From assembly GCA_029953675.1 (NCBI GenBank), contig JAMWBK010000002.1, positions 2,356,001 through 2,420,000 of the forward strand: a DNA stretch of 64,000 bases. Direction: 5' to 3'. The translations under genes and the position numbers were made by a program. Under the pieces are notes generated by a model. The model was not told the DNA's origin, did no database searches, and worked only from the letters and a program-made list of their open reading frames with translations. The stretch is from Rhodosorus marinus CCMP1338. Its lineage: Eukaryota > Plantae > Rhodophyta. Positions 35,700 through 47,311 of this stretch are shown in pieces. How positions within the stretch are numbered: position 1 is the first letter of the stretch; the number at the start of each line of letters is the position of its first letter.

Positions 35700-36469
35700 T
35701 TTGGTGTTTGAGACGTGTGCGCTTGAATTTGTTTAGCGATAATTATCTCCCAAAGAAACTCTGCAATAGAAGAGTTTCACCCATGTTTTGTTCCTCTGGT
35801 TCAACTGTTTTAACTCAATGATTCCAAAAAGTATGGGATAAAATGATCGATCAATCAATGGTCCAGTCCGAGAGTTCGGAGACTCTAGGTTGGGATTGCT
35901 GACGGTCACTCTATTCTGCAGCAGTCCGATACAGATTGAAAGTGAAACCGTTCTTGGCTACCTTCAGCTCCTTGCGCGGATCAGATACTGTCACCACATG
36001 ACGGTGTGCAGAACCTTTCTAAGTGATTGTGGAGGAGTGGCCGTCCACCAGATGTATCCTGCGTTGATGCTCCCGTTTGAAACCCCTCATAGCCGGGTCG
36101 AAAGATGCGCACACATTAGAATCTGTTCTGTTCTAAAACCTGAACGAGTCAGGCCCCGCAAGCGCTCTGCGATGGTTCTCTCGTTTCTGAGTCCCGCTTG
36201 AGAGCCTTCCAACGTGATGAGCTTACCTGTGCAAAGGGGTGGACTCGTGTGCAGGGCGACACGATGTTGGATGTACAGACTTTGCACTTCTACGTCATCT
36301 TCGAGCCTCGGAAAGCAACTGAATTACAGTTTTCATGACAGGAAAGAGATAGTGCGGATGAAATGGAGAAGTTGGTAGATTTTTTAGTGGCAATCAGAAA
36401 GACACTGCAGTCAAGAAAATTAGGAACGGGTTCTCAAGCCCGTTATAAAAGGTCAGTTCCGCTCGCGTG

Positions 36470-37367
36470 CTATAGAATGGATTTGCTGAACGATTCGTTT
36501 TCAGTCTTGTGGTCGGCGACCTGTGGGCGGAGCTCGTAGGTGGCTTTGACAGCCTCTCTTCTGTACTTCGTGGAGGTGCCTTTCAGGCCAATGTACTGGA
36601 TTGAGGTCTTGTCGCCGCCAAAGTTTTCGGATATGTACAGCCACATCTGCAGAGAAGAAACAGGACGATGGGGAGAGAGAGCAGTGTTAGTAATGCCGGT
36701 ATCGAAGTTCTGACACCCTTTTTTCTGAAAAGAGACACGCATTTTCTGACTGGACCTGGTTGAGCCTCTCCTCGTCCTCAGTACAACATCACAGGTACTG
36801 AATCTTTCGAATTCGAGCTTGACTTAACCGGGTGCAGTTCGAGGAAGCGCAGCAGTCACGCACAAGCAGAGCACTACACCAGAGCCTGAATAGATTTACG
36901 TGGACAATTCCTACCGAGCGAACGTTCTGATACTTTGTGTACTTGGTGGTGTATTCCACATTGCCTTCTCTGTCCTCGGTCACGAGTTCCCACTCCTGAG
37001 TGGGGGCCGTGGATTCCGCGGCATCGAAATCCATGTGCTCAACGTTCAGGAATACCTTGAGAGTCTTGGGGTTCCCTCTTCCACCGCTGCCAATCAAGCT
37101 CAACGCCTCTATCCTCACGGCGCAGGTGAACGGCAAGTAGATCATCAACTGCTCGTCCGCATCAGACTGGAGCACAGGCTCGCGCTCCAATCTCTTCTCC
37201 CATGGCCTCAGAACACCTTCAAGCGCGTCCTCATCAGCCGCATTCAAAACTGAACACCTGCTCGTGTCAACGTCCTTGTAAAGATCCCATTTTCCATCCC
37301 CGCCACCTCCCGCATTGTGATTGTGACCCTCGCACGAGTGACCATGACCACCACAATCCTCACTCAT
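36470..37367 (-). CDS. PITHD1: PITH domain-containing protein 1, 2 exons (intron 36647-36914)
   Basis: His-rich start, LQSDADEQLMIYLPFT, DFDAAESTAPTQEWEL, ENFGGDKTSIQYIGLKG and TYELRPQVADHK. Confidence 0.9.
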
Positions 37368-38766
37368 TTATTCTTGCTCTCGTATTAAACTCTCTCACAG
37401 CTGTTCGAAAGATATTCGGCCTAAAGGATACGTTCTGTTCTAAACCTGAAACGCTGCACTCTCTAACATCAGTCTTATCGAGTCTTATCGAATCCACACA
37501 GTGGATTCTAAAATCCATTCCAAACCGGTCGGAAATACATGTCTTTTTTGAGATTGAGGAGATGGTGCTGCGAGCGAGCTGGATGTTCTTTGAGCCTGGC
37601 GGCCTTCCGCGGAGATACTTCCTTGACGAGACCGGCGTCTTGGTGTCTTCTCCGAGCGCGAAGACCCTACAATTCTCTGGAAGAATCTGGAGAAAGTTAC
37701 TTTTTTTGGTCGAGAACTTGATAGCACCCCGAACTCATGTTATCTCAAAACTTGTGTAGCGGTCGTAGAGCTCATTTGTCTGCCTGCTTCCTTTTCGCGA
37801 GCCGTAGGTTTTATAAGGAGTCGGTTTTTTCAACGCAAAGGTCTCCTCAAGACGGTGGTGCCGTCTCGACTTGCGGCTTCTGAAGAGAAGCGCTGCCTTG
37901 AAGCCCCGGCCTCACGACTGTGTCGCTAAGGAACATCGCGTGGCTAGATTTTTATCTTGCGTGCCTCTACAACTTCCTGTCGGGAACGCTGTCCCATCGC
38001 AGGTGGTGCTGTCCGACTCCGGCTTGTCTTGAATTGGCCATACTTATGGTTCTCGTGTGTGGGAACTGCTATAACTGAGGCGGAGAGGATACCAACGTAA
38101 TTGCAAAACTGAACGCCTGTGAGACGTCTGAGCAGGTCCTCTCGCTCCCAATCAGCCAGTGACTAGTTGGGAGACGGCAAATTATCAGGATCAGGGCTAC
38201 TCATAGGAAACAATTCAAGGGCGTGTTCTCACTGGGCGTTTGGTGCTCAGGGATCACTCTCGTCACGAAGTACACGAGTCGCGCTTACATTCGGAAACTT
38301 GCAAAAGGACCAGAACTCCTCCGTTCGAAGGCTCTATTTCTTTTTTTCATGCTAGTTGCAAAGTCAACAGCAACGCACACAGGGGAGTCGCTGTCTGGAC
38401 AACAGCTTTGGAATTTTTGCTAATCTGCCTATCAAACTAGATCTTCATTCTTATCAAACTAGAAAAACCAGAAGCCTTTCTCAGCTTTGCTATCCTGGCT
38501 TTGGCTTGAGAAAATGATGATCCCGCACTTGCCCAACTTCCCTCTTCCGACATGGACAAGTATCGAAAAGTCTTCCAAAACTCGTGACGGGGGGTGGTCG
38601 GGTCGTGCAAGTCTTCTCTTTCTGATGTCTCTTCCACGATTCTACTGAGTTCCTCTCTATATGCAGTGAGCCTTGTACTGTTTTGCAACGCATGTAAAGC
38701 TGCCTGGGGTGGACAGACAGCTGCCGTACTCAAAGCTAGTTCTTCTGGATCGATGATAAGAGTGTA

Positions 38767-39826
38767 ATGAAGGCAATGAGGTCCGTCACGTTCGTTTCTA
38801 GTTTGCTCCTCGCGCATCCAAATAACAAGCACATCATGGTTTCAACTCGGAGCATGGCTCGGCCTGCTGATGTGCGTCTGGCAGCTTCTGCGAGGGGTGC
38901 GTCTGAAGGAAAGGAAGAACCCACGAAAAAGAAGAAGCCTCGATCGCCAAGGAAGAAGCGTGAGCCCGAACCTGTGGTTGACGACGGACTGAAGAGGTGA
39001 AAACCCCTTCAGATCTTCTGTAGTGCCTCTTTTGTCCACGAGCTCTTGAGCCCTAACAGCTCGCCCTGCTTTCTCCGACATTGTCAAGGTGTCCTTGGGC
39101 TGGATATGTAGAGGTTGACTACCACGACAAGGAGTGGGGACGCCCAGTATACGATGACGTCAAGCTCTTTGAGTTTATCACGTTGGAGGGAGCTCAAGCG
39201 GGACTCAGCTGGCGCACTGTTCTGCTGAAACGAGACAATTATCGCAAAGCGTTTGCGGGGTTTGACCCGTCTATAGTCGCCCAGTTTGGGCAGGACAAGG
39301 TTTGTTGGTTAGCCAAACTCCGTCTGCACCCAACACTTAGCCCCCAGGCATTTGTTCGACAGGTGGAAGAACTCCTGCAGGACTCTGGCCTCATACGCCA
39401 GAGAGGGAAAATAGAGAGCACCATAACCAATGCGAAGCTTGTTCTTGAGATAAAGAAGGAACACGGCTCCTTATCGAACTATGTATGGAGCTTTGTGGAT
39501 GGAAAGCCAATTATCAACCGGTTCAAATCCATGGCTGACGTCCCACTCGCATCTGAGGAAGCGAAGTTGATGGCCAAGGAAATGAAGAAAAAAGGCTTCA
39601 AATTTTTTGGACCAACTATCGCGTATGCGTTCATGCAAGCGGTGAGTGGAAAAACCTCCTTGCCAACGAATCTAGTAAAGATCCCGCCTCCGAAAACGAA
39701 CAAACCAGGCTTAACTTCAGCTTGGAACTACTCGGTTCGCAGGTTGGAATGGTCAACGACCACACGGTTGATTGTTTCTGCTACACAGAATGTGGTGGAA
39801 AGCCAGAACACGCCATGGCAGCCTGA
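38767..39826 (+). CDS. tag: DNA-3-methyladenine glycosylase I (Tag family), 4 exons
   Basis: RCPWA...YHDKEWGRPV, LFEFITLEGAQAGLSW, FKFFGPTIAYAFMQA and, after an intron, VGMVNDHTVDCF (Zn ligands C/H/H/C); stop TGA at 39824-39826. Confidence 0.92.
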
Positions 39827-39946
39827 GCAACTGCCTTCGTTCTTTGATAATTGGGCGTCTGCCTTTGACTCCGACTTCCCATTCCTCCCCTCCCTCACTA
39901 GTCGTCGTCAGGACCCAAGCAAGAATTTCAATTTATTCTCAGCGCC

Positions 39947-40896
39947 TCATTGCGAGAGGAACTTAGATATCTGTTCATGGAAGCGTTCCGGCGCTAGTTT
40001 TTCCGGTATATGAGATTCTATACCTTGAAAAGTATACCTCGTAACCTGAAAGGCAGAAGTTTTAGAGCAAAAGCTCTTAGATAAGTTGTGTGTGCCACAG
40101 TCAAGCACGTATACTGGGATATACTTACATCATCAAAGGACGATGCAACTAGGTCCGCGTTCTGTTCGCTAATAACTGGGTCCTTCTCGGCCCAGAAAAG
40201 CAGGACCTTCTTGCCCTTGACTGTTGCCGGTACCGTTTTAGGGCCGACGGAGGCCGGTGCGATTAATATAAGCCTGCAGGTATCAGAATATTTGTAGTGA
40301 GCAAGCCGCAAGTACGCGAGCGAATCAGCATTTGACAGTACTAACCTGTCGACTTTGGCGGCGACCTCCTCATCTTGAAGGACTCTCATCAGTTTCGTTC
40401 CGCCAGCAGATCTTGCTATGAACACGATGTGATCGTTGATACCCTGTTCTGAGATTAGCTGCTTAATCGCCGCAACATCTTTCTCGCCGGAAGGCGAACC
40501 CGTAGAAGACCCATGACCGAAACAGTCAAGCGCGTAGAACTGGCCAAAGGATGACAGAAGCTGGAAATGGGGCTCCCAGTACTCCGCATTCTGCCTCTGA
40601 CTGGCTCCATGAATTAAGATAAACGTAGGCTTCGTGCTTCCAGCGGTACCGCCCGTAATGTACCTCATGCTATAGCTCCCATCGCTTGTCAAGGAAAGCA
40701 TGGCACTCCTCCCCGTTCCCGGGGGGGAAATGTATTTGGAGTCACCTGCAAAGTTGACGTTGTTCAGTTTGTGCTCACTGGATGGACCCTCACTCCACGA
40801 AGTCGTTTCATAAATCACGTAGAACGCAAACAGCAATAGAAATACAGAGCCAAAAGCAATCGCAGGAGAAGCCGACATTGGGAGCTTCCTCCCCAT
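39947..40896 (-). CDS. Alpha/beta-hydrolase (ABHD14-like) with an N-terminal signal-anchor, 3 exons
   Basis: TM segment IAFGSVFLLLFAFYVIY, FILIHGAS, ALDCFGHGSS, nucleophile elbow ARSAGG, WAEKDPVI, and last exon VTRYTFQGIESHIPE...FLSQ-stop carrying the His. Confidence 0.75.
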
Positions 40897-41462
40897 CTCA
40901 CGTGCGCGCTTCGCCTCGCGAAACTCCCTCTTACCCGTGTTGGCTGCCGAAAGATTAACACACGCCAAAATAAATTCCCCCAATTCCGCAGCACGGGCTT
41001 GGATAAAAACAAACCAACCAAACACACAACACACAACCTTCCCCCTCCGAAAAACCAAAACCCACAAAAAAAAGGAAGAAGAAGAAAACCCTGGCCCACC
41101 AGAGATCCTCCCGATGCCGTCACAAAACCCTCAACCCATCCAGACGCTTCACTCCAAAAACCAATAAAAAACAAAAAAATCCTAGTGACACACTTTCTTT
41201 GCTCCTTCCCACCCCTCACTTCGGTTTCACACAGTTCACCACACTCTTCTTCTCTCTTTCATCGTCCTAAATATACATTCCAAATCCATCCCAACTGTCT
41301 GCTCACTTCTCCCCCCTCAAAAAAAATACCAAGCACCACCAAAACAAGGCCAATTCCACCACTAAAAGTCATAAATAAGTAAATAAAGCAATCCGACCAA
41401 ATGTCATAATACGGCCATTCCATCTTCAACAGACAAAAAAAAGAGTCCATCGTCAACAGCAA

Positions 41463-41702
41463 CCAAAACTTCATTAGATATCCAATTTCTAAAATATCTA
41501 AAAAATGAAGATATCCGGTTGTAGCCCTCGTTTCAATTTTTACTTTTTTTGTGTGTGTGTGTGTGTTGTGTGGCGTCTCAACTGCACCCAAAACCTCATT
41601 AGATATCCAATTTCTAAAATATCTAAAAAAATGAAGATATCCGGTTGTGGCCCTCGTTTCATTGTTTTGTTTTTTTTTCGTGAGTGTGTGTCTGTGGCGT
41701 CT
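41463..41702. repeat. About 125-bp tandem duplication (2 copies) in an AT-rich promoter region, containing a (TG)n tract
   Basis: CCAAAAC(T/C)TCATTAGATATCCAATTTCTAAAATATCTAAAAAATGAAGATATCCGGTTGT(A/G)GCCCTCGTTTCA starts at 41463 and 41588. Confidence 0.9.
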
Positions 41703-42573
41703 TGGAGTTGAACATTTGGGTTGGGCATAATTATAGAACTTTTTCGCTCAGATGAGATTTGTTTTTGAAAATATTTTGGGATGTTAGATAAATTTGGACC
41801 GAACCCTTTAGTTATGAATGGAAAACAAAATTGGGTGGGGTTAAGGTGGTCATAACATGTCCGATAAAAAAGGGAAGTTATTGTCCATTATTGAGTTAAA
41901 ACGAAGCAATTTTGGATATGAGGTTGATAGAAAAACTTTAAAAACTTCTGATAAAGGTATTTTGATCCGACAGATTTTTTTGTGGAGAGATTTTAGTGTT
42001 CCTGATCATGCGAATTTTCTTCTCTTGTTCGATATATGGTTTACTAGGATGTGTACTAAAGAATTTTTCGGACGAACATGACAACCCAAAAATTAGTGAG
42101 AATGAGCCGTAAATTTGGAGAAAGAGAACCCGGTCTGGCAGAGCCCTGGACAGAATCATTGCTGCCTCACCGGTTCTGCCTCGATGCTTCAAACGCACTT
42201 TAAACGCCTTGTGCTCTCTTCCCTCACCTTGACGAGTTGTGCGTAAGTAAAAGCTACAACGAAAAGATCGTCTGCGCTGAAAGCCAGGCTCTGGAAATAT
42301 CGGAAACCTCTGGTCCGAGCTTTGGGTTGACATCGATATCGGGCGGGGTAGACCAGTTCCATTTCCGTGGAGTACCGTAAAATCGAACGAGGTAACCACA
42401 CTAAGAAGAAACCTCAATTGAAAATTCCTTTCGCAACCATATACGCAATACTCTTATTGTGTGCGGTAGGTAGCTGCCCAGTAAAGGCTACAGAATACAA
42501 AACTGCGAAGTGTTGTCGTAGTACAACGCTTTTTCCAATGTCCCACCCGACTGGCCTTTGACAGCGCAGCTAG

Positions 42574-43068
42574 GACGAAATCTGCACGGAGCTGGCGCGA
42601 TGGCTGAATCTATGGAACTTAATTGAGACTAAACAAGAACCTGAAAGCTACTTCGAAAACTACCGACTGCGACCGGATATGGTTGCCACTCATCCGGAGG
42701 CCTTCGCACGGTATGCGCTGGAGGTGACGGTGATCTCGGGACGACAGAAGAAGTATTTGAACCGTAGCCGCGTTGATAATGCCTACGCAGCGAAGCTAGA
42801 AGAGAACGGGAAATTTTCGCACTACAAGGAAGCGATCTTGATCGAGAAGCCCGCGACAAGTTCATCCCGATCGGATAGAGACTTTTGGCCGCACTGGATA
42901 TGGCACAGGAATTCTTGCGAGACGGTTGCAAGCATCTACTACCGAACGGCGGGGCTGAGTGAGTTGCGAGCTCAGATGAACGGGAGACTTTGGCAAGGGA
43001 ACGCGGAGCTTGCGCTGGGAGCTCTGGTGTGGAGCAGTGGGTTCTCCAGCCGCGGCTTGTCTAGCTGA
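42574..43068 (+). CDS. Probable terminal exon of a hypothetical protein; upstream exons at about 42100-42500 unresolved
   Basis: A 165-codon open frame follows a CTAG acceptor (DEICTELARWLNLW...MVATHPEAFARYALE...). No family recognised. Confidence 0.35.
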   Translation, partial: DEICTELARWLNLWNLIETKQEPESYFENYRLRPDMVATHPEAFARYALEVTVISGRQKKYLNRSRVDNAYAAKLEENGKFSHYKEAILIEKPATSSSRSDRDFWPHWIWHRNSCETVASIYYRTAGLSELRAQMNGRLWQGNAELALGALVWSSGFSSRGLSS

Positions 43069-44621
43069 ACACCGGTAGGGGTTCGTGGCATCTTAACGGT
43101 AGAAATGAATACAATCATTTTGCATGCAGCAATCAATACTAAATTTCTTACAGATCCCCACGAATAGCCGAACGAGTCCGGAATTAGAACAAGCCCTCAA
43201 ACCCAAAAATAGGGGCTGGTATGAAGGCGTGTAATTCAATACTAATCATCTCAGCTAAATAAAAAGGACTATCGGAAGGAGAAGTGGATACTATCCCCAA
43301 CCCCTCAGAAAAAATAATTGCATGCCGGAGTTGTGAGTCCCCGGCTACAAGTGGGCTGAATTGGTAGATGTCTAAAATTTCAGAAACTTTAGGTGTGGTT
43401 GGCGTCAACGAGGAACTCCCTAGCCTCCCCCCGCTTCACATATTCATCGATCGAGATAGTCATATATTTTATCATAAAAGATGAAGTTTAGTTTGCGACA
43501 CTACATTCCCCCATAGCGAAGCTGACATGCGTATTGAGCACCAATTTATTCACCCCTGTGAATGCAAAATCAATAATTGAATAAATTACTATTATACAGC
43601 AACCTGGTGTGAAGAGTTTTCTAAAGGGGCAAAGATGTGCTCGCTAGCAAACAAAATTGACCGGTGGGAACCCCTCTTGAAAAAGTACCTGACAATTTGA
43701 CTTGAAAACTAGTATTATTTCATAGAATCTCGCACACAGAAAATTAATACGACAAATTTGATTGATCCCAGAACCCTTTATTTTTAAAAGCAAATAAATG
43801 ATTGAAAACCGTTATTTCTTTGGTACTGGTGTCACCTACTCTGCTTTTTAGGTTCTGGAGACGGGGAAGGGGAGGAGGGACAGGGGGGGGGGGGGGGGGG
43901 GGTAGAGATTTTAGTTTTTTCCACAGGCTTGACCAGGCCGTTTGCTTTTCGGAAGAAAATAAATTTTGTTGAAGAAAAATGGATTGCCTTTGAAGGTAAA
44001 AGAGGTGGCTCTGCTTTGGAAAGGGGGGGGGGTTGTAGGAGGGGGACAATATCATTCCATAGGGAGAAGAGGATGTGGAAAACGAAAAAAAATTTGTCGG
44101 TCAGGGACGAGTGTCATTGAATAGAGACCCAAAGGCCAATTGTTTTGTATGTGTTTTGGGGTTTGGCATTTGTATTCCGGCTTTTTTTTCTTGGGGGGGA
44201 GAAGTGGTAACAATCGATCGGGAGGGATCGGGCCAGGCTATTGTGAAGGAAACAGAGGCAAAGCTGCGGCCTTTTGAGGGGGTTTTTGGGGAAGTTGAAA
44301 GCCGTGTCTCATAATTGTTTGTTTTGGGACTGTTTGCTTCTCTCACTTGCGGATCGGGGAGGTTTGGTGATTTGGGAGTGATTGGGGGGAGGGATCTTTG
44401 TTGAAGCAGGTTTTGGAGGAGGAAAGAGCGTTGTCGAAGGAAGAGTGTCTCTTGCTCTTCTTGCAAGGATCTACAAGGAGTTCCTTCGACTTTACCTTTG
44501 TTGTTTGGGAGGTGAGTTGGGCTTTGGGATTGTGTGGTGGACTTGGTTTTTTTTGCGCTGAAAGCGTTTTCTTGTAGCTGTGGTATTTAGTTTTTCGCTG
44601 TTGGCTTGTACTTTTGGAGAG

Positions 44622-47041
44622 ATGTCTAGGGTCGCATCTTTGGCCTTAAGATCTGCATCCAGGCCTGGCGCAATGTCGGTGAGTATCAAAGCCGAGGTTT
44701 GTTGGTCTTTTTTTGGAGGGCAGGTTCCCTTATTGTTGGGATATCAGACGTCTCGACGGCTACAATTTTGAAGTCGATCAAAGCTGTGAGCCGTTGTCCA
44801 TTGTATCCACGAGCTTATGTATTGACCCTTTGTGGAACTGTTTGGCTAATTGTAGTTCGGTTCCACGGCGATGAGAGCGGTAGCTATTGGAACTCGGGGA
44901 CTGCACTCTTCGGTATCACGCAAAGCGATCGCGGCCTCTGAACTGTCCTCCATTCTCGAAGAGCGTGTGAGCAAGTACTACCAGAAGTTCGATGTGCAGG
45001 AGGTAAGATGAGGTCCCAATCCGTTTTTTCGATCCCTGTGGCTCGTTGTCGGCAGTTGTTAAAGGTTGTTCGCGATATCAATTGGTTGTCAGGTTGGAAG
45101 AGTGCTTTCCATTGGAGATGGAATCGCTCGTGTTTACGGTCTTAACAGTGTGCGAGCCGGAGAAATGGTTGAGTTCCCAGGAGGAATGAAAGGTAGGGAT
45201 CCCTTTCAGCACGCGAAGAATTCGAGGATTCTTGCTGAGATTCGTTCCGTCTTATCATGTCCTCAGGAATGGCGCTCAATCTTGAGACCGACAATGTGGG
45301 TATCGTCGTTTTCGGAAACGATCGTGAGATTAAGGAAGGAGACGTCGTGAAGCGTACAGGAAGCATTGTGGACGTAGACGTCGGTCCTGGACTTTTGGGA
45401 CGAGTGGTGGATGGACTCGGGAATCCCATCGACGGAAAGGGACCCATTAAGTCTGCGGAGAAGAAGCGTGTTGAAGTGAAGGCACCCGGAATCATGCCTC
45501 GACAAGGTACTGCTCAAGACTTAGTCTGGGTGCATGAGTTTGGTGCTTGCGATTTGGACCCCTCCTCAGTTTTGCTTGTTGCTGTCTCAGGTGTATCCGA
45601 GCCTATGCAAACGGGCCTCAAAGCCGTGGACGCTCTGGTGCCTATTGGACGTGGTCAGCGTGAGCTTATTATTGGAGATCGTCAGACTGGGAAGACGGCT
45701 GTTGCTTTGGATACGATCCTTAACCAGAAGGTGAGTGTTGAAATCAGGAAAGAAATTGTATGGACAGCGAAGTGCTCACTTCCTTGGGTTCTTTGTACAG
45801 AAATTCCACGAAGGGAACGACGAGAAATTGAAGCTTTTCTGTATCTACGTGGCGGTTGGTCAGAAGCGATCAACAGTTGCGCAGTTTGTCAAAACCCTGG
45901 AAGAGAACGGTGAGAAAGAAATGGCTTTCGACGTCGAGAAAAGGAAACGATGAAACGCGCTGGTTCCTGACCAGTCACTTTTTTTATTGTTTGTAGATGC
46001 TCTCAAGTATTCTATTGTTGTAGCTGCAACTGCCGCTGATGCCGCCCCGCTGCAATTCCTTGCACCTTACACGGCATGCACGATTGGAGAATATTTCCGG
46101 GACAACGGCCAGCATGCCGTTATTTTCTATGACGATCTCAGCAAGCAGGCTGTTGCCTATCGTCAAATGTCGCTGCTTCTTCGACGACCTCCTGGTAGGT
46201 TGACAGTTTGCTGGTTTCCATGTTAACACATTTCCTGTGGGGATCACATACTCATTCGTCTGCTTGTTGTTTTTGCTCCTAGGCCGTGAGGCTTACCCTG
46301 GAGACGTCTTCTATCTCCACTCCCGTTTGCTGGAGCGCGCGGCAAAGATGAACGATAAGGTTGGGGGTGGATCGCTTACTGCCCTTCCCGTTATTGAAAC
46401 ACAGGCTGGAGACGTGTCGGCCTATATCCCGACAAATGTGATCTCCATCACTGACGGACAGATTTTCTTGGAGTCCGAACTTTTCTACAAGGGTCAGAGG
46501 CCAGCCATCAATGTCGGTCTCTCAGTGTCTCGTGTCGGATCTGCAGCTCAGATGAAGTCCATGAAACAAGTAGGATCCTCTAGGCCATGGATCGTTGCCG
46601 AGTTTATTCCACTATTGATTCCCAAGCTGATCTACTGTTTGCGTTACTGTTCCTTGTTCAAAGGTCGCTGGTTCGATGAAGCTCGAGCTTGCGCAGCATC
46701 GTGAGGTCGCGGCCTTCGCCCAGTTCGGGTCTGACCTCGATGCGTCAACTCAGCAAATGCTTAACAGAGGAGATCGTCTCAACGAACTCCTCAAGCAAGA
46801 TCAGTACGTTCCCATGCCTATTGAAGAGCAGGTCATCACCCTGTTCGCTGGAGTGAGGGGATACCTGGATAAGCACCCCGTCTCGATGATCAAGTCGTTC
46901 GAGCCCGCCTTCCGTGAGCACATGAAGACCACGCAGAGCGGCCTGATGACCAAGATTAGGGAGGAAGGTAAACTAAGCGATGAAACAGAGAAGGCTATGA
47001 GGAAATGCGTACAAGATTTTTTGGCGACATTTAAGGCCTAG
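44622..47041 (+). CDS. ATP1: Mitochondrial F1 ATP synthase subunit alpha, nucleus-encoded, multi-exon
   Basis: Presequence [18 protein letters not shown]...GLHSS; [59 protein letters not shown] and [20 protein letters not shown]; spliceosomal introns. Confidence 0.96.
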
Positions 47042-47311
47042 AGGATAAATGTTTTTTTAAATAAAGCCCTTTCCACAACCCGAATCGTTGCGAAGATTAG
47101 TCACAACTGACTATAGCCCAAACGCTTGGCCCTCCGTGGCCCAGCGCTCGAGGAAGAAAAGTTTGTTTCCCACCAATCATAGTTACGGCGAGCAAGGTAT
47201 CAATAACGGGGTACAACATATATACACAAGGCTCCAACTACAGAGAAACTTTGTGCGAGCAACAGGGAGTACGCGGCGCCCGCAAATCACAGTGATGCAT
47301 GATGCATGTGG

